Notes: a model not told the origin generated them from the letters alone. A stretch of 64,000 bases of DNA from Bdellovibrionales bacterium (GCA_031426555.1 JANPLN010000015.1:61092-125091), one strand, 5' to 3'. Counted from the stretch's first letter, positions 1 to 12,207 are shown. Numbers and translations are program-made.

Positions 1-282
1 ATTCGTCCTTTACATGATCGGATTCTCGTTCGCAGAATGAAGGAAGATGAAAAAACAGCTGGTGGACTTTATATTCCAGACACCGCTAAAGAAAAACCAC
101 AAAAAGGCGAAGTGATCGCCACAGGAAAAGGTCGCGTTAACGAAGACGGAAAAGTTTTCCCTCTCGAAGTTAAAGCCGGCGACAAAGTGCTTTTCAGCAA
201 ATATGCAGGCACAGATCTTAAGTTTGGAAGTGAAGACTATCTAATGATTACTGAGAACGATGTTCTTGGAATATTAAATTAG
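1..282 (+). CDS. groES: Co-chaperonin GroES, 5'-truncated by window edge
   Basis: Frame 1 is open from nt 1 ([44 protein letters not shown]...), a typical GroES sequence. It lies 31 nt upstream of groEL. Confidence 0.95.
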   Translation: MRPLHDRILVRRMKEDEKTAGGLYIPDTAKEKPQKGEVIATGKGRVNEDGKVFPLEVKAGDKVLFSKYAGTDLKFGSEDYLMITENDVLGILN

Positions 283-295
283 TATCTTGAATTAA

Positions 296-1972
<1,677 letters not shown>

Positions 1973-2001
1973 TCATCGCTGAACATTCCTTTTCTTTAAA
2001 G

Positions 2002-2028
2002 AGCCCGAGAGACCCTCGGGCTTTTTTG
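2002..2028 (+). terminator. Rho-independent terminator of groESL
   Basis: 8-bp stem agcccgag/ctcgggct with a 5-nt loop, followed by a T6 run, 30 nt after the groEL stop. Confidence 0.8.
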
Positions 2029-2064
2029 TTGTTTGTTGGTCTTGAAGTCGGTATTTTGGATCCT

Positions 2065-2562
2065 ATGAAAACAATCATCTTCCTCACGTTCTTTTGTTTC
2101 AGTTCTTTGTCTTTAGCAGCCCTCACTCCCACCGAAAAAGACAAAATACTTTTTATGATTTTTGAAAATCAGAGCAAAAAAATCACGACCAAAGACAAAA
2201 CAAAATGCCCTAAAGGTGCGACCAATTGGGAATGCACGAATGTCACAGCCAAAAATTTTTTGATGAATTTGTTGCGTGTGAATTTGCCACAGGGATTTAC
2301 CCAAACTACGGAAGTCCTCTGTGATGCCATAACTCCCGAGACTCAAAAGCAGATCGAAGCTAGCGAAAGCGCTCAATTTTGGGCTGTGGATTTTCAGCGC
2401 GAAGTGAAACAAAGTCTTAAAGGCCAATGGGTTTGTCGGTTAGAAGTGCTGCAGGCGGATTCGCAGCAGTGGAAACTGGGTCTCGCTTTTATCATGAATC
2501 GCGATAAGAGCCGGATTGTCTCGCGACGCTTCTCTGCCTGGCGCCTTGTTCAAAACATGTAA
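2065..2562 (+). CDS. Hypothetical secreted protein
   Basis: An ATG at 2065 gives MKTIIFLTFFCFSSLSLAA, a signal-peptide-like N-terminus. I recognise no family. Confidence 0.45.
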   Translation: MKTIIFLTFFCFSSLSLAALTPTEKDKILFMIFENQSKKITTKDKTKCPKGATNWECTNVTAKNFLMNLLRVNLPQGFTQTTEVLCDAITPETQKQIEASESAQFWAVDFQREVKQSLKGQWVCRLEVLQADSQQWKLGLAFIMNRDKSRIVSRRFSAWRLVQNM

Positions 2563-4139
2563 CTCGCGCCGAAGCTGAGTGTTTGGAAGCGCTGGCTGCC
2601 TTTGACGGATGCGGAAGGACGATTTCCTCCGCCATTGAAGTCGCTCATGAATGTTGTAAAATCCAATGCCGAGTTTAACAAAATTCTCTCGCTCCATCGG
2701 TAATCCAATAAAAAGCGAAACGATACAATTTTGCTATCTTCAGCACCGGAACTCCAGGGGCTTTCCTTGTAATTCGAATTGATATACCAATTCAATGTTG
2801 CGCCTAAGTACCAACGGTTCGCCATATCAAGCGGAGTTTTTCCGCCAAGGACCAGGCGGAGGCCCGAATACTCCGTATCGTTCAAACCGTTGTTAGAGCT
2901 GATATCTACGTCCATATCGTAACTCATATAACCCAGAGCCGCGAATATTTTAGAATCAAAGAAATCATCGCGCAAAAGGATATTGTATCCCACATCGAGA
3001 GAATACATCCCTGTGGCCACCGAAAGTTGAGTAGGAGTTCCTCCTGCAACGGGGTTGTCGATCGTGCCAGTACCTTGCGAGATTCCAACGTTTACAAACC
3101 ACTCGGGGTTGATCCACATTTCGCCATACAGAGAAATTGTTGGATAGATGGAGTTTTTCGCGGTGAGTGTGGTGTTTGCTAGAGTAAGAACTTGCTGATA
3201 ATTGGAAAGGCCAAAGCTTGCACCAATTAACCCAAAGCTCGGTGGCATTTCGGGTTTCCACTCTTGAATTTTCCCGTTCACTTGGTTATTTTCGCTTAAC
3301 AAGAGTTCTGCAGGGATATAGTCATCCTTAATCCATTTTTCTGCCAGGTACTGAACGGGTCGCGCTCCGGTGATCTTTGCATCTTTTTGGATGGAACTCG
3401 CTTCGGTTTCAGAAACGATGTCACCAAAACTTAATTTTGGATCTACTTTTACAAGGCGAATCTTTCCAATCAAAACTTTCTCGTGCTGAATAATATGTCC
3501 CAATTTTGGGTGGCGTTGAATTTCAATAATTTTACTACACGCAAGTTCTTGCCCTGGAGTTAAACCATCCACGGCCCCCAAATTGATTGTCACTCGGTTT
3601 TTGGTTCGGCTCAAAACCATTCCATCGTAGGGAATTCGGAATTTAAGCTGCTGGTACAAAGCTTCCAATTGTTTGAGAGCTTTTTCGGTGGAATCTTGAG
3701 CGAGGTCTGTGGCGGCAACGTGGGAAATCAGTCTGCCGTCCAAGGCGCTAAATAAATAAAGGGCGAGAACAAAATCCTTTGGATTCTTTCTTACTTCGGC
3801 GATCAGCAGTGCATCCGTTTTAAGAGAGCGATTGATTTTAATGGCTTTTGTTGGCGATTTTATAAGCTCAGCAGGAGTTACCAATTCTCCCGAAAACTGG
3901 GCTGGAGTGTAAAGCCACTGATGGTCTGCTTGCATAAGCTCAGTGAGTTTTAAATCTACGGGTTGCGAAAAAATACCATCGACGTTGTCAACCGTCGGGA
4001 GAAGCGAAACTCGGTGAATAGTGATCGACGCATCCACTGAATTCGAAAGCGTGACGCCTTCTTTTTTGCCGGCGAACGAAAATGAAATCAGAAGAGACAA
4101 GAAAAGCTCTATAAAAGTCTGGAACGAACTCATGACCAT
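2550..4139 (-). CDS. Putative outer-membrane beta-barrel protein with N-terminal periplasmic domain
   Basis: The start is trimmed to MVMSSFQTFIELFLSLLISFSFAG (signal-like). The C-terminal half is rich in alternating Gly/aromatic strands and ends ...FGASYMF, an OMP-type terminal Phe. Confidence 0.5.
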   Translation of the reverse strand: MVMSSFQTFIELFLSLLISFSFAGKKEGVTLSNSVDASITIHRVSLLPTVDNVDGIFSQPVDLKLTELMQADHQWLYTPAQFSGELVTPAELIKSPTKAIKINRSLKTDALLIAEVRKNPKDFVLALYLFSALDGRLISHVAATDLAQDSTEKALKQLEALYQQLKFRIPYDGMVLSRTKNRVTINLGAVDGLTPGQELACSKIIEIQRHPKLGHIIQHEKVLIGKIRLVKVDPKLSFGDIVSETEASSIQKDAKITGARPVQYLAEKWIKDDYIPAELLLSENNQVNGKIQEWKPEMPPSFGLIGASFGLSNYQQVLTLANTTLTAKNSIYPTISLYGEMWINPEWFVNVGISQGTGTIDNPVAGGTPTQLSVATGMYSLDVGYNILLRDDFFDSKIFAALGYMSYDMDVDISSNNGLNDTEYSGLRLVLGGKTPLDMANRWYLGATLNWYINSNYKESPWSSGAEDSKIVSFRFLLDYRWSERILLNSALDFTTFMSDFNGGGNRPSASVKGSQRFQTLSFGASYMF

Positions 4140-4260
4140 ATTATGCCCCAACGGTTTGGAGAGGGGTATAGAGAAGTTAAAACCCATCAAATCGTCTAGA
4201 TTCTTGCGGGGCATGAGCCCTCACTTGGGTGCACCCACGGTGTTCCGCTATACTGAAAGA

Positions 4261-4641
4261 GTGAAAATTTATATCGTTGATGATGCCTCATTTATACGAA
4301 TGATCTGTCGCTATCACCTGACAAAAGCGGGGCATGATATTGTCGGTGAGTCCCATGATGGCGAGACGGCCCTCACGGAGATCTTGGCCATCCAGCCTGA
4401 ATGTGTGTTGGTGGATCTTTCGCTCCCGAGCAAGAGCGGTGTTGAGATCATGACGGAAGTTCAGATGAAATACCCGCACATTCAATTCATCGTCGTTACA
4501 GCGCTAGACAAAGATATTTTGGCACTCACAGCGCCCGATGTGGGATATGCGGCCTATATTCGAAAGCCCTTTGAGGGTGCAGACTTGGTAAAAGCGGTAG
4601 AAACATTGCAAGCGGCGCCTGGTCGGAGGAAATATGGATGA
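4261..4641 (+). CDS. Single-domain CheY-like response regulator
   Basis: GTG start after gaaaga. The receiver residues are present: IVDD, phospho-acceptor D in VLVDLSLP, VVTA and IRKPF. The upstream part of ORF 4021..4641 overlaps the OMP gene and was discarded. Confidence 0.8.
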   Translation: MKIYIVDDASFIRMICRYHLTKAGHDIVGESHDGETALTEILAIQPECVLVDLSLPSKSGVEIMTEVQMKYPHIQFIVVTALDKDILALTAPDVGYAAYIRKPFEGADLVKAVETLQAAPGRRKYG

Positions 4642-4948
4642 GGTTTTTTTTGTTATTAAGTCGTTCTTAATTACCTGCGTGGTTGTTTTTTGCCTACAGA
4701 TGAAAGTGGGAGAACAAACTCTGGATTACAAGCTCAATGAGTTTTTACAAAAGGGTCAACTCACAAGTATTTTGCGAGATGCCGGCCAGGGAGCCACTCG
4801 CTTGACAGCGTCTGCCTATAACACCGCAAAGGAGAGTGATCTGAAGCTCCCTTTTCAAGCTATGAAACAAGCGGAACAGGCTAAAGAAGATATGCTGAAG
4901 CGACAACAGGAAGTACAGGACGAACTCGAAGAGGTCATGGCCGACTGA
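4634..4948 (+). CDS. Small N-terminally anchored protein with a charged, probably disordered tail
   Basis: The ATG overlaps the regulator stop by 8 nt and is preceded by ggagg. It has a hydrophobic N-terminus (FFVIKSFLITCVVVFCL) followed by a K/E/Q-rich tail. Confidence 0.5.
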   Translation: MDEVFFVIKSFLITCVVVFCLQMKVGEQTLDYKLNEFLQKGQLTSILRDAGQGATRLTASAYNTAKESDLKLPFQAMKQAEQAKEDMLKRQQEVQDELEEVMAD

Positions 4949-4993
4949 AAAAAGGTCGCTTCTTTAGGAAGCTCCCTGAAAAAAGATCGCTTC

Positions 4994-6673
4994 TTAAAGG
5001 TTTAAGCTCAGTTCTGATGATACGGGTCCGACCATATCAATGAAATTATTAAACGTCGAAGAGATTTGCGACGTGGTGGATGTGCCACCGCGATTGCTGA
5101 TCTTTTTAATTTCCCCAGAGGCCGCATAGGACAATTGCAGTGAGCCCACTTCGGGCCGTGCAATAGATGTGGGCTTTTGAGTCTTAGGATCGTATTCGAT
5201 GACGACTTCTTTTTTTGTATGATCAGCAAGAGCGACAATCAGACCTTGGGAGTTGTACTTGATATCCACAAACTGGCCGTCAGAGTTGCGGGCCTGTGTG
5301 AGTCGACCGGCGCCATCATATTTAAAAAGAGTCTTCTTTTTACGGAGGAGCTTCCCCGTTTTATTAAAATACTCAGTCACTGCATTTTCAATGCGGCCCT
5401 CTTTATCGTAATCGAAAGCGAGACTGTATTTATGCGTTTCGTCGGACTGCGGAATAAACAAGCTCACCGTTTTCTGTCGGAGAGTGCCGTTTGGCAAATA
5501 TTGATAAGTTGTCACGTCGGCATTTTTTCGGATGGAAATAGGTTTGCTTAAATCCTGATGGTACATGATATCCAGCGTTTGGTTGTTCTTTTCGGAAAGC
5601 ACGCGGCTTAAATATTTTTCTTTATCGGGCCGCGTTTGATACCAAAATTCGTAACGATGTTTGTAAGCTGTTTTGCCTTTGCAGCTTTTGACTGCCGTGG
5701 ACCAATAATGATCTTTTGGGTTTTCTTGTGAAAGAGTGAAGTCGTAGGTCTCGACGCAGCCGTCACGATCTTTAAATTCTCGGACCCAATCCTTCGACTC
5801 CACATAGCTTAAAGATTTAAACGTGCCATCTGGAAACTGAATTTTGGTAATGTTATGATTATCGTCGTAGGCATAAGCGTAGGCGTTTTGCCACGCATTC
5901 GTCACCGCCGTTAAGTTTTCGCCCACAAATTTATAATTCGCGGTGAGGCCGTTCATCGAGATTTGCTTTAACTTGCGCTCAGGATAGTACGTAAAAGCCA
6001 GTTTGTTTCCTTGGTTATCGGTGAGCACCGAAGGCAATCCGGCAGCGTATGAAATTCGTAAAAACGTTTTTTGTTTTTCCATTAAATAGACAAGCTTACC
6101 GCCAGCATCAAATTTTTGTAAAAGTCCTTCCGGTGTGGTGCGGACGTAGTTTGCGCCATCAAAAACGATCTTATCCAGCTCTTTGCCATTTAATAAAAAA
6201 ACAGTATTTTTAGAAGGTGAAAAGCGAATTCCCACCTCTCCGGCGTAGCGAGTGCGCAGTTTATGATCTGTTTTTAGCTGCTCTCGCAAATCGTCAAAAT
6301 ATTTTTTACTTTTTCCAGCCTCATTCTTGCGAGCATAGGTTAAAATCTTCTCAATGGTCGTGGCTATTTGTTGAACGTTAGAATTGGCCGGATAAAAGTT
6401 AATGGCTCCAGTGGAGCATTCTGTAAGAGTGAGGTTGCCTTCGATTGTAATTTCGATTTTACTCTCGATGGGCGAGCACCAGCCAAAACCAAAAATTCCG
6501 GAGAACAGAGAGCGGCTGCTATAAGTTCTTGAAATCTTCAAAGGTGAGTTTGTATCGGCAGCTACGATGTCGACCCAGTTGTCGGAGAAATTCGCATTTT
6601 TCATATCAACAAGCGCGTGAGCCTGGGGCAAAGTGAGGTATAACCAGCTGCTGATCAAGAAGAATTTTTTCAT
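4994..6673 (-). CDS. Secreted YD-repeat (RHS-type repeat) protein, last gene of the Tad operon
   Basis: Start trimmed to MKKFFLISSWLYLTLPQAHA (signal peptide). It carries an FGFGW motif and several YD repeats (YAYDDNHNITKIQFPDGT, FDYDKEGRIENAV, KYDGAGRLTQARNSDGQ). It begins 1 nt after the stop of the upstream tadB/C-like gene. Confidence 0.75.
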   Translation of the reverse strand: MKKFFLISSWLYLTLPQAHALVDMKNANFSDNWVDIVAADTNSPLKISRTYSSRSLFSGIFGFGWCSPIESKIEITIEGNLTLTECSTGAINFYPANSNVQQIATTIEKILTYARKNEAGKSKKYFDDLREQLKTDHKLRTRYAGEVGIRFSPSKNTVFLLNGKELDKIVFDGANYVRTTPEGLLQKFDAGGKLVYLMEKQKTFLRISYAAGLPSVLTDNQGNKLAFTYYPERKLKQISMNGLTANYKFVGENLTAVTNAWQNAYAYAYDDNHNITKIQFPDGTFKSLSYVESKDWVREFKDRDGCVETYDFTLSQENPKDHYWSTAVKSCKGKTAYKHRYEFWYQTRPDKEKYLSRVLSEKNNQTLDIMYHQDLSKPISIRKNADVTTYQYLPNGTLRQKTVSLFIPQSDETHKYSLAFDYDKEGRIENAVTEYFNKTGKLLRKKKTLFKYDGAGRLTQARNSDGQFVDIKYNSQGLIVALADHTKKEVVIEYDPKTQKPTSIARPEVGSLQLSYAASGEIKKISNRGGTSTTSQISSTFNNFIDMVGPVSSELSLNL

Positions 6674-6674
6674 G

Positions 6675-7562
6675 CTACACCTTGATGGTAATAATTTTTT
6701 TGATAAAGAAAGCACCAACCGCAATAAGAGAGAAAATAAGAAATAAAAATACCCATCCTAAAGTTGTCGTAAACAGCGGCATGACATAATTGGGATCCGC
6801 AAAATAAAAAATCACCAGTAGTAAAACGGGAACAAGACTGATAATAATTCCTTGCATAACACCCTGGGCGGTGAGGGCCTCGATCTTTTTTTCGATTTTT
6901 TGTCGTTCACGAATCGTGTAATTAATTGTTTGAAACGTTTCGGCCATGTTTCCGCCGGTTTCTTTTAAAATATTCACCGCTGTAACAAACATTTGCATGT
7001 CGGGGCGAGGAACTCGTTCGGCAAGTTCACTCATACATTCCTCGATGGGACGACCAATCTGGTTTTGCGACAGCACGAGACGAAATTCCTGGCTAATGGG
7101 TGCCTTTAGATTTTTTGCAACGCGATCCATGGCTTGGTTCACACTGAGCCCAGCGCGAATTCCGTTTGCGAGAATTGTTGTGGCGTCCACCATCTGATTG
7201 ACGATTGTATTGCAGCGTTTTTCATACATGGAGCGAAAAATATACTTTGGCACCGTCCAACCCAACATTGTAAATATCGATCCAAACAGCAAGCCGACAG
7301 GAATGTTGGGCCAAAAGAGCATAAAGAACAATATCCCAAGGCCAAGACTAATCGACATTAAAGAGTAGGTAAGTTTTTTATCGTCAACTTCCACAAACAT
7401 CAGCTCCATGTACTTTGCAATTTCGTCTTTTTGCCCAATACTTTTTTTGTAGAGCCAGCTTAAAATTTTATGGGACCACAAGTAGGTTAAGAGAAAAACG
7501 ATTCCGCCGACGGCGGGAAATACAAAAAACGAATTAGAAAACAATGCATTTAAAAAGTTCAT
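6675..7562 (-). CDS. Tad pilus inner-membrane platform protein (TadB/TadC, T2SS-F family)
   Basis: 295 aa. Membrane helices flank a cytoplasmic T2SSF-like core (GLSVNQAMDRVAKNL...). It overlaps the ATPase gene by 4 nt. Confidence 0.8.
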   Translation of the reverse strand: MNFLNALFSNSFFVFPAVGGIVFLLTYLWSHKILSWLYKKSIGQKDEIAKYMELMFVEVDDKKLTYSLMSISLGLGILFFMLFWPNIPVGLLFGSIFTMLGWTVPKYIFRSMYEKRCNTIVNQMVDATTILANGIRAGLSVNQAMDRVAKNLKAPISQEFRLVLSQNQIGRPIEECMSELAERVPRPDMQMFVTAVNILKETGGNMAETFQTINYTIRERQKIEKKIEALTAQGVMQGIIISLVPVLLLVIFYFADPNYVMPLFTTTLGWVFLFLIFSLIAVGAFFIKKIITIKV

Positions 7563-9760
7563 GGTTTACCGCCTCCGCTGGCTTTTTTAACCGAGTATTG
7601 CGGGCCAGCAGGTTTCGAAGTATCCACGGGAGCGGGCGCATTGGCCGCTTCGTTGGAGAAGAGATCCTTTGGAATACCAATCCCGCGCTCCTTCAGCTCT
7701 TGAATAAACTTTGGAATAAGTCCTTTAGACAAAAATTGACCAATAATTTTTCTATTTTTATCAAATCCGACCTCTTTGAACTCAAAAACTTCCTGTAGAG
7801 TGACCGTATCGCCTTGAATACCCTGAACCTCGGCGATGCTCATGATCTTACGGCTTCCATCGGAAAGTCGCGAAATTTGCACGATTAAATCCACGGCGCC
7901 GGCAATTTGTTCGCGAATGGCGCGCACAGGGAGATCCATCCCGGCCATCAAGCAAAGGGTTTCGAGTCGGCCAATGGCCTCGCGTGGGTTGTTGGAGTGG
8001 ACCGTTGTCATCGAGCCATCATGACCCGTGCTCATGGCGGCAAGCATGTCGAGAGCGGCACCGTCACGGCACTCACCCACGATGATACGGTCGGGACGCA
8101 TACGCAGAGTATTTTTCACAAGGTCGCGAATGGTGATGGCTCCTTCGCCCTCCATATTTGCAGGGCGAGTTTCAAGCCTTACAACGTGAGTCTGGCGAAG
8201 TTGCAGTTCTGCAGCATCTTCAACTGTGATAATTCGTTCGGTTGAAGGAATAAAAGAAGACATACAATTCAGGAGAGTGGTTTTACCAGACCCTGTACCG
8301 CCTGAGATAATAATGTTACAGCCGTTTTCCACAGCGAGTTTTAAAAAATCCATCATCGGACGGCTGATAGAATTGTAATGAACGTACTGGTCAACGCCAA
8401 AAGCATCTTTTTTAAATTTACGAATTGTCAAAGAAGGGCCGTCAATCGAGAGCGGCTCAATGATGGCATTCACACGACTTCCATCAGCTAAGCGCGCATC
8501 TACATAAGGAGTTTTTTCATCGATACGTCGCCCGAGGGGAGTCACAATCCGCTCGATCACGTTGCGCAGCTGAATATTCGAGGTGAAGTGGGTTTTGCTG
8601 AGTTGAAGCCGGCCGCCTTTTTCGATAAATATTTTATCAAACCCGTTGACCATAATTTCACTGACATCGACTTGTGAGAGAAGATCTTCGAGCGGGCCGA
8701 GTCCTAAAGCTTCATCAAGAGTTTCTTTGATGATCTGTTTGCGGTCTGCCGGTGACACTCCTTGGGCCTCTTGATCGAGAATCTTCGAAATGGCAACCTT
8801 CACATCGCCTTCGAGCTTGCGTCGTTTTTCGGCGTCTTTGCTGGCCTTGGTGATGTCGTCGTTTTTAAGGTTCATTTCCTTAATCAAACGAGTATGAATT
8901 GTAATTTTAAGATGAGTTCGCGGATCAATAGAGTTTTTAGTGGTTGTATCTGAAGATTCTTGCTTTTCAAAAGTGAGAATATTATTTCGCGTGAGAGTTT
9001 TTAATTTTTGTAAAACGCCGCCGGTGAGTTTGCGGACGATTTCGGTGTAACTATTGGCGAGCGGCGATTGGGGAGAAAGTAGCAGAAAGGGAGTGGCACG
9101 CTTGAGGGCATTGGCCGTTGTCACGTCGTCTTGCGGGAGCACTCCAAGCATGGGTCGTTTAAAAGATTGTTCCAGTTGGCTTGGTGCCAGCCCCACGTTG
9201 CTGGCTTTGTTCAGTACAATTTGAATCATCTCATTTGGCAAGGTAGCGGCCCGAAGGTCGTTGATCACTCGGAGTGTTTGATTCACGGTGAGCACTTCTG
9301 GCGTGGTTACAACGATGGCCGTGGTGCAGGCCTCAAGCAAGCGCATTTGTAATTCATCCAGATCATTTCCAAAATCAAGAACGATAAATTTGTAAAAGTG
9401 CGACAGCTGAGCAATTTGTTTAAGGGCAATAGGCGGAGACACAGTGAATGTTTGTCCTGGGCCCTTGACGGCGCCGAGATAGTGAATGGGAGCTGTGGAG
9501 TGTGACGAAACAACAGTGAGTAAATTTTTTGTATTGATGCTGCCGGTAAAGTTACAAACTTCTTCTAAGGTTTTCGGGTCCAACAAGCCGGTGATAAAAT
9601 TCTGATCACCGCAGGATTTTTGATCAGCATCGATAAGCAAAGTTGAGGTCTTAAGTTCTTGCCCCAGTTTAATAGCAAGGTTGGCAGCAAAAACACTTTT
9701 GCCAACGCCGCCTTTTCCACCGACGACGCCTATAATAAAACAGTTTGTATTGAATGACAT
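7559..9760 (-). CDS. Fused TadZ/CpaE-like (MinD/ParA) domain plus CpaF/TadA secretion ATPase
   Basis: The N-terminus has the deviant Walker [12 protein letters not shown]. The C-terminal half has the T2SS-E motifs [27 protein letters not shown] and [12 protein letters not shown]. Total length is 733 aa. Confidence 0.85.
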   Translation of the reverse strand: MSFNTNCFIIGVVGGKGGVGKSVFAANLAIKLGQELKTSTLLIDADQKSCGDQNFITGLLDPKTLEEVCNFTGSINTKNLLTVVSSHSTAPIHYLGAVKGPGQTFTVSPPIALKQIAQLSHFYKFIVLDFGNDLDELQMRLLEACTTAIVVTTPEVLTVNQTLRVINDLRAATLPNEMIQIVLNKASNVGLAPSQLEQSFKRPMLGVLPQDDVTTANALKRATPFLLLSPQSPLANSYTEIVRKLTGGVLQKLKTLTRNNILTFEKQESSDTTTKNSIDPRTHLKITIHTRLIKEMNLKNDDITKASKDAEKRRKLEGDVKVAISKILDQEAQGVSPADRKQIIKETLDEALGLGPLEDLLSQVDVSEIMVNGFDKIFIEKGGRLQLSKTHFTSNIQLRNVIERIVTPLGRRIDEKTPYVDARLADGSRVNAIIEPLSIDGPSLTIRKFKKDAFGVDQYVHYNSISRPMMDFLKLAVENGCNIIISGGTGSGKTTLLNCMSSFIPSTERIITVEDAAELQLRQTHVVRLETRPANMEGEGAITIRDLVKNTLRMRPDRIIVGECRDGAALDMLAAMSTGHDGSMTTVHSNNPREAIGRLETLCLMAGMDLPVRAIREQIAGAVDLIVQISRLSDGSRKIMSIAEVQGIQGDTVTLQEVFEFKEVGFDKNRKIIGQFLSKGLIPKFIQELKERGIGIPKDLFSNEAANAPAPVDTSKPAGPQYSVKKASGGGKP

Positions 9761-9867
9761 TGAGCTAGATCCCTCCTCGTATATTATCGGTAAAACCGCC
9801 GATATATTTGAGGAAAGTTACTGCTTTTAGGGGATCCTAGACCCGACGATCGACCAGCCCTATGGGC

Positions 9868-11343
9868 CTACTCGTTCAAGCGGAACTTCTCTTTGACCTT
9901 ATCGACGCCCGTGCTGGCTGACGACTTGATAATAGGTGTTACAAACACTACAAACTGCGACTGGTTTTTTTGAAACGCTTTAGATGTGTAAAAAGAAAAC
10001 AGAGCGTTTTGCAAACCATCTGGGATTTTATTGTAATCCATGGTCTGCGAGTTCCCAATGAGACCAGCCACGGCGGCACTTTCCCCGCTGCGCACGGCCA
10101 CCTCGGTGGTCACGGAGTTGTTGGATATGATAGGACCAAGAGCGGTCAGGGAAACCAAACTGCCAATGTTAAAAGTCATTTTCATGTTGATCAGATCCGA
10201 ACGCGGACTATCAATGCTTGGCGTGATATCAGACACCAAGGAGACTTCCGCCGATCCCGGAATCGAAGCTCCCAATTGGTTTTGTGTCACATAGGGAATT
10301 GTGGTTTTTTGCGACACACGCCCCGAAACATCTTGTTTTGTAATGACACTGGTAGTTTTTAAAATACGTGCGTGACCATGGGCCTTGGCCCAATTCAATT
10401 TAGGTAAAAGGTTGGAAATGGTCCCGGTGATGCTTGAAATTACACCGCTGGGCTGTCGCGAATCCACCGTAAAAGACATACTCGTGTTGTCGCCAATAAT
10501 CGGTGTCCATTGAAAGCGCGAACTGTTGGAGTAGTCTTTACTGAGTTCCACATAGTGTAAAACCAACTGAATCAGTTTTTTCGGCTGCGGATCTGGTGGC
10601 GGGCGAGCGACAATTAAATTTACAACAGGATCTTCTTTACGTTTTTTAATGTCTCCTTGGTTTTCAGCTTCGCCGAAGACAGGTGGGGGCAAATACGTGC
10701 GTGCAATGAGCTCGGCGTTGTCTCTGTCGAACGCTGCGTTTACTTCGCCGGTAAGAATGTACTTGCCGTTACGAGCTCGCACTTGGACGTCGGGGTTGTT
10801 GATTTCTCGCTCGATAATTTCGGCAATTTTTTGCTGTGCAAAGGGACTGACTTCCACCAGCGAAGCGGCATCGGCTCCATACTGTTTAAGCACAGCCACA
10901 ATTCGATTGAGATCTTCGGGATGAACAACCTTTCCATCCACTACAACTTTTTCATTCACAATCTTAATCGAAATTCCCTCGATCTCGCTGAGGAGGGCGC
11001 GAATTTCTCGAACAATGCGCGTGAGCTTGGTGTCGCGAACTTCAATGCGATACTCAAAAACCTTTGTTCCCTTCTTATCGTGAATGGAGAGCGTGGCAAT
11101 CCCTGCCTTTACTGGAGTAAAGCGCAGCTTTTGATATTCGCGAGCGACGGCAAGTTTTGTAACGCCTTTCCAGTCGCCGCCAAAGTCTCCGCCCAGAGGG
11201 AGCTTGGCGAGAGTTTCTTCGTGTTCCACACCTTGATAAAGTATTAGGTATTTTTCACCCGGCTTTTCCTCGTTTTGCGCAAGCGCCAACGCTGGAAAGG
11301 CGAATAAAAATATTAAAAATACACTCTTCATATCAAACCTCAT
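9868..11343 (-). CDS. Tad pilus secretin (CpaC/RcpA family)
   Basis: It has a signal peptide and N-terminal repeated beta-alpha modules. The C-terminal secretin core ends in ...SQFVVFVTPIIKSS. The start could instead be the internal MKSVF (11331). Confidence 0.8.
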   Translation of the reverse strand: MRFDMKSVFLIFLFAFPALALAQNEEKPGEKYLILYQGVEHEETLAKLPLGGDFGGDWKGVTKLAVAREYQKLRFTPVKAGIATLSIHDKKGTKVFEYRIEVRDTKLTRIVREIRALLSEIEGISIKIVNEKVVVDGKVVHPEDLNRIVAVLKQYGADAASLVEVSPFAQQKIAEIIEREINNPDVQVRARNGKYILTGEVNAAFDRDNAELIARTYLPPPVFGEAENQGDIKKRKEDPVVNLIVARPPPDPQPKKLIQLVLHYVELSKDYSNSSRFQWTPIIGDNTSMSFTVDSRQPSGVISSITGTISNLLPKLNWAKAHGHARILKTTSVITKQDVSGRVSQKTTIPYVTQNQLGASIPGSAEVSLVSDITPSIDSPRSDLINMKMTFNIGSLVSLTALGPIISNNSVTTEVAVRSGESAAVAGLIGNSQTMDYNKIPDGLQNALFSFYTSKAFQKNQSQFVVFVTPIIKSSASTGVDKVKEKFRLNE

Positions 11344-12206
11344 AGTTCCTCGTAAGCGCTTGGTTTTTTGATGGGACCCGGTTTAACAGGCGCCGGGAGG
11401 GCTGGTTTTGGTTCTTCCGCAGGCTGTCTTGGGGCTCTCACTTTGCCCATGACATCGTCGGCATCAACAACTTTTAACGGATTAATATAGCGATCATTTG
11501 GATTTCTGAGAGTGGCGTACAACGAGCCGGGGCTGCTGTTGATGATGTGAATTAACAGCTGCACTTCTGCCGGCGAAATTTCTACCGTCACCGATGTAAA
11601 GTTATAAACTTTGCGCAGGTTATTGATAAGGAAAGAATCCTTACTGCCTTCTTCGAGTTGCGCTGGAATTGTGTCCACAATGTTTTGGCCCACAGCCAAA
11701 ATAGGAACGTCCTGCATGATGGTGCGAACTTCTTTCTTTTTATCAATACCTTGGCCAGAATCCACCGCAGTGATCAAATCAATGCGATCACCAGGTTTTA
11801 CTAGGCGCGCGATCATCTGAATATCGTTGGCAGGAATGGCAAAGGCCCGTTTTCCAGGACTGACTTGCATCGAGAGACCCGTGTCTTTTCCCGGAGGTAA
11901 AAGCTTCGTATTTAAAATCTGTTCACCTTTTTTAATTGGTGCTGCGGCCATTTGTCCAATCGCTTGTTCTGGGTTTTGCAGAGCTTTGGGTTGAACAAAA
12001 TCTTCTGGCGCTTCGGACACCTCAATCATGGATTCGTCGATGGGTTCCATTTCGGTGATATCTTTTGAGGCGATCACAACTTGTTTTTTTGCGCCGTACT
12101 TTTTGTGAACAGACGCCTTTTGTTCCTGAGACCAACTGTAAAGTAGGAAAACTGCAAAGACCGCGCTTCCAATAGATATCCAGAGGGTTTTCGTATCGTT
12201 ATTCAT
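11340..12206 (-). CDS. Flp pilus assembly protein CpaB/RcpC
   Basis: ATG at 12206 is preceded by ggag. It has an N-terminal TM helix, then a SAF-like segment (VVIASKDITEMEPIDESMIEV) and an RcpC-like C-terminus. It overlaps the secretin gene by 4 nt. Confidence 0.75.
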   Translation of the reverse strand: MNNDTKTLWISIGSAVFAVFLLYSWSQEQKASVHKKYGAKKQVVIASKDITEMEPIDESMIEVSEAPEDFVQPKALQNPEQAIGQMAAAPIKKGEQILNTKLLPPGKDTGLSMQVSPGKRAFAIPANDIQMIARLVKPGDRIDLITAVDSGQGIDKKKEVRTIMQDVPILAVGQNIVDTIPAQLEEGSKDSFLINNLRKVYNFTSVTVEISPAEVQLLIHIINSSPGSLYATLRNPNDRYINPLKVVDADDVMGKVRAPRQPAEEPKPALPAPVKPGPIKKPSAYEEL

Positions 12207-12207
12207 G

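Noticed and set aside
4021-4260. N-terminal 80 codons of ORF 4021..4641.
   Set aside because: This part overlaps the start of the minus-strand OMP gene. The receiver domain begins at the GTG at 4261, which has its own RBS.
10657-11247. 196-aa ORF antisense to the secretin gene. The same applies to 44839..45468 (antisense to DUF1501-like), 28112..28591 (antisense to prmC) and 27358..27846 (antisense to prfA).
   Set aside because: Each lies inside a strongly supported gene on the other strand and shows no motif or RBS support.
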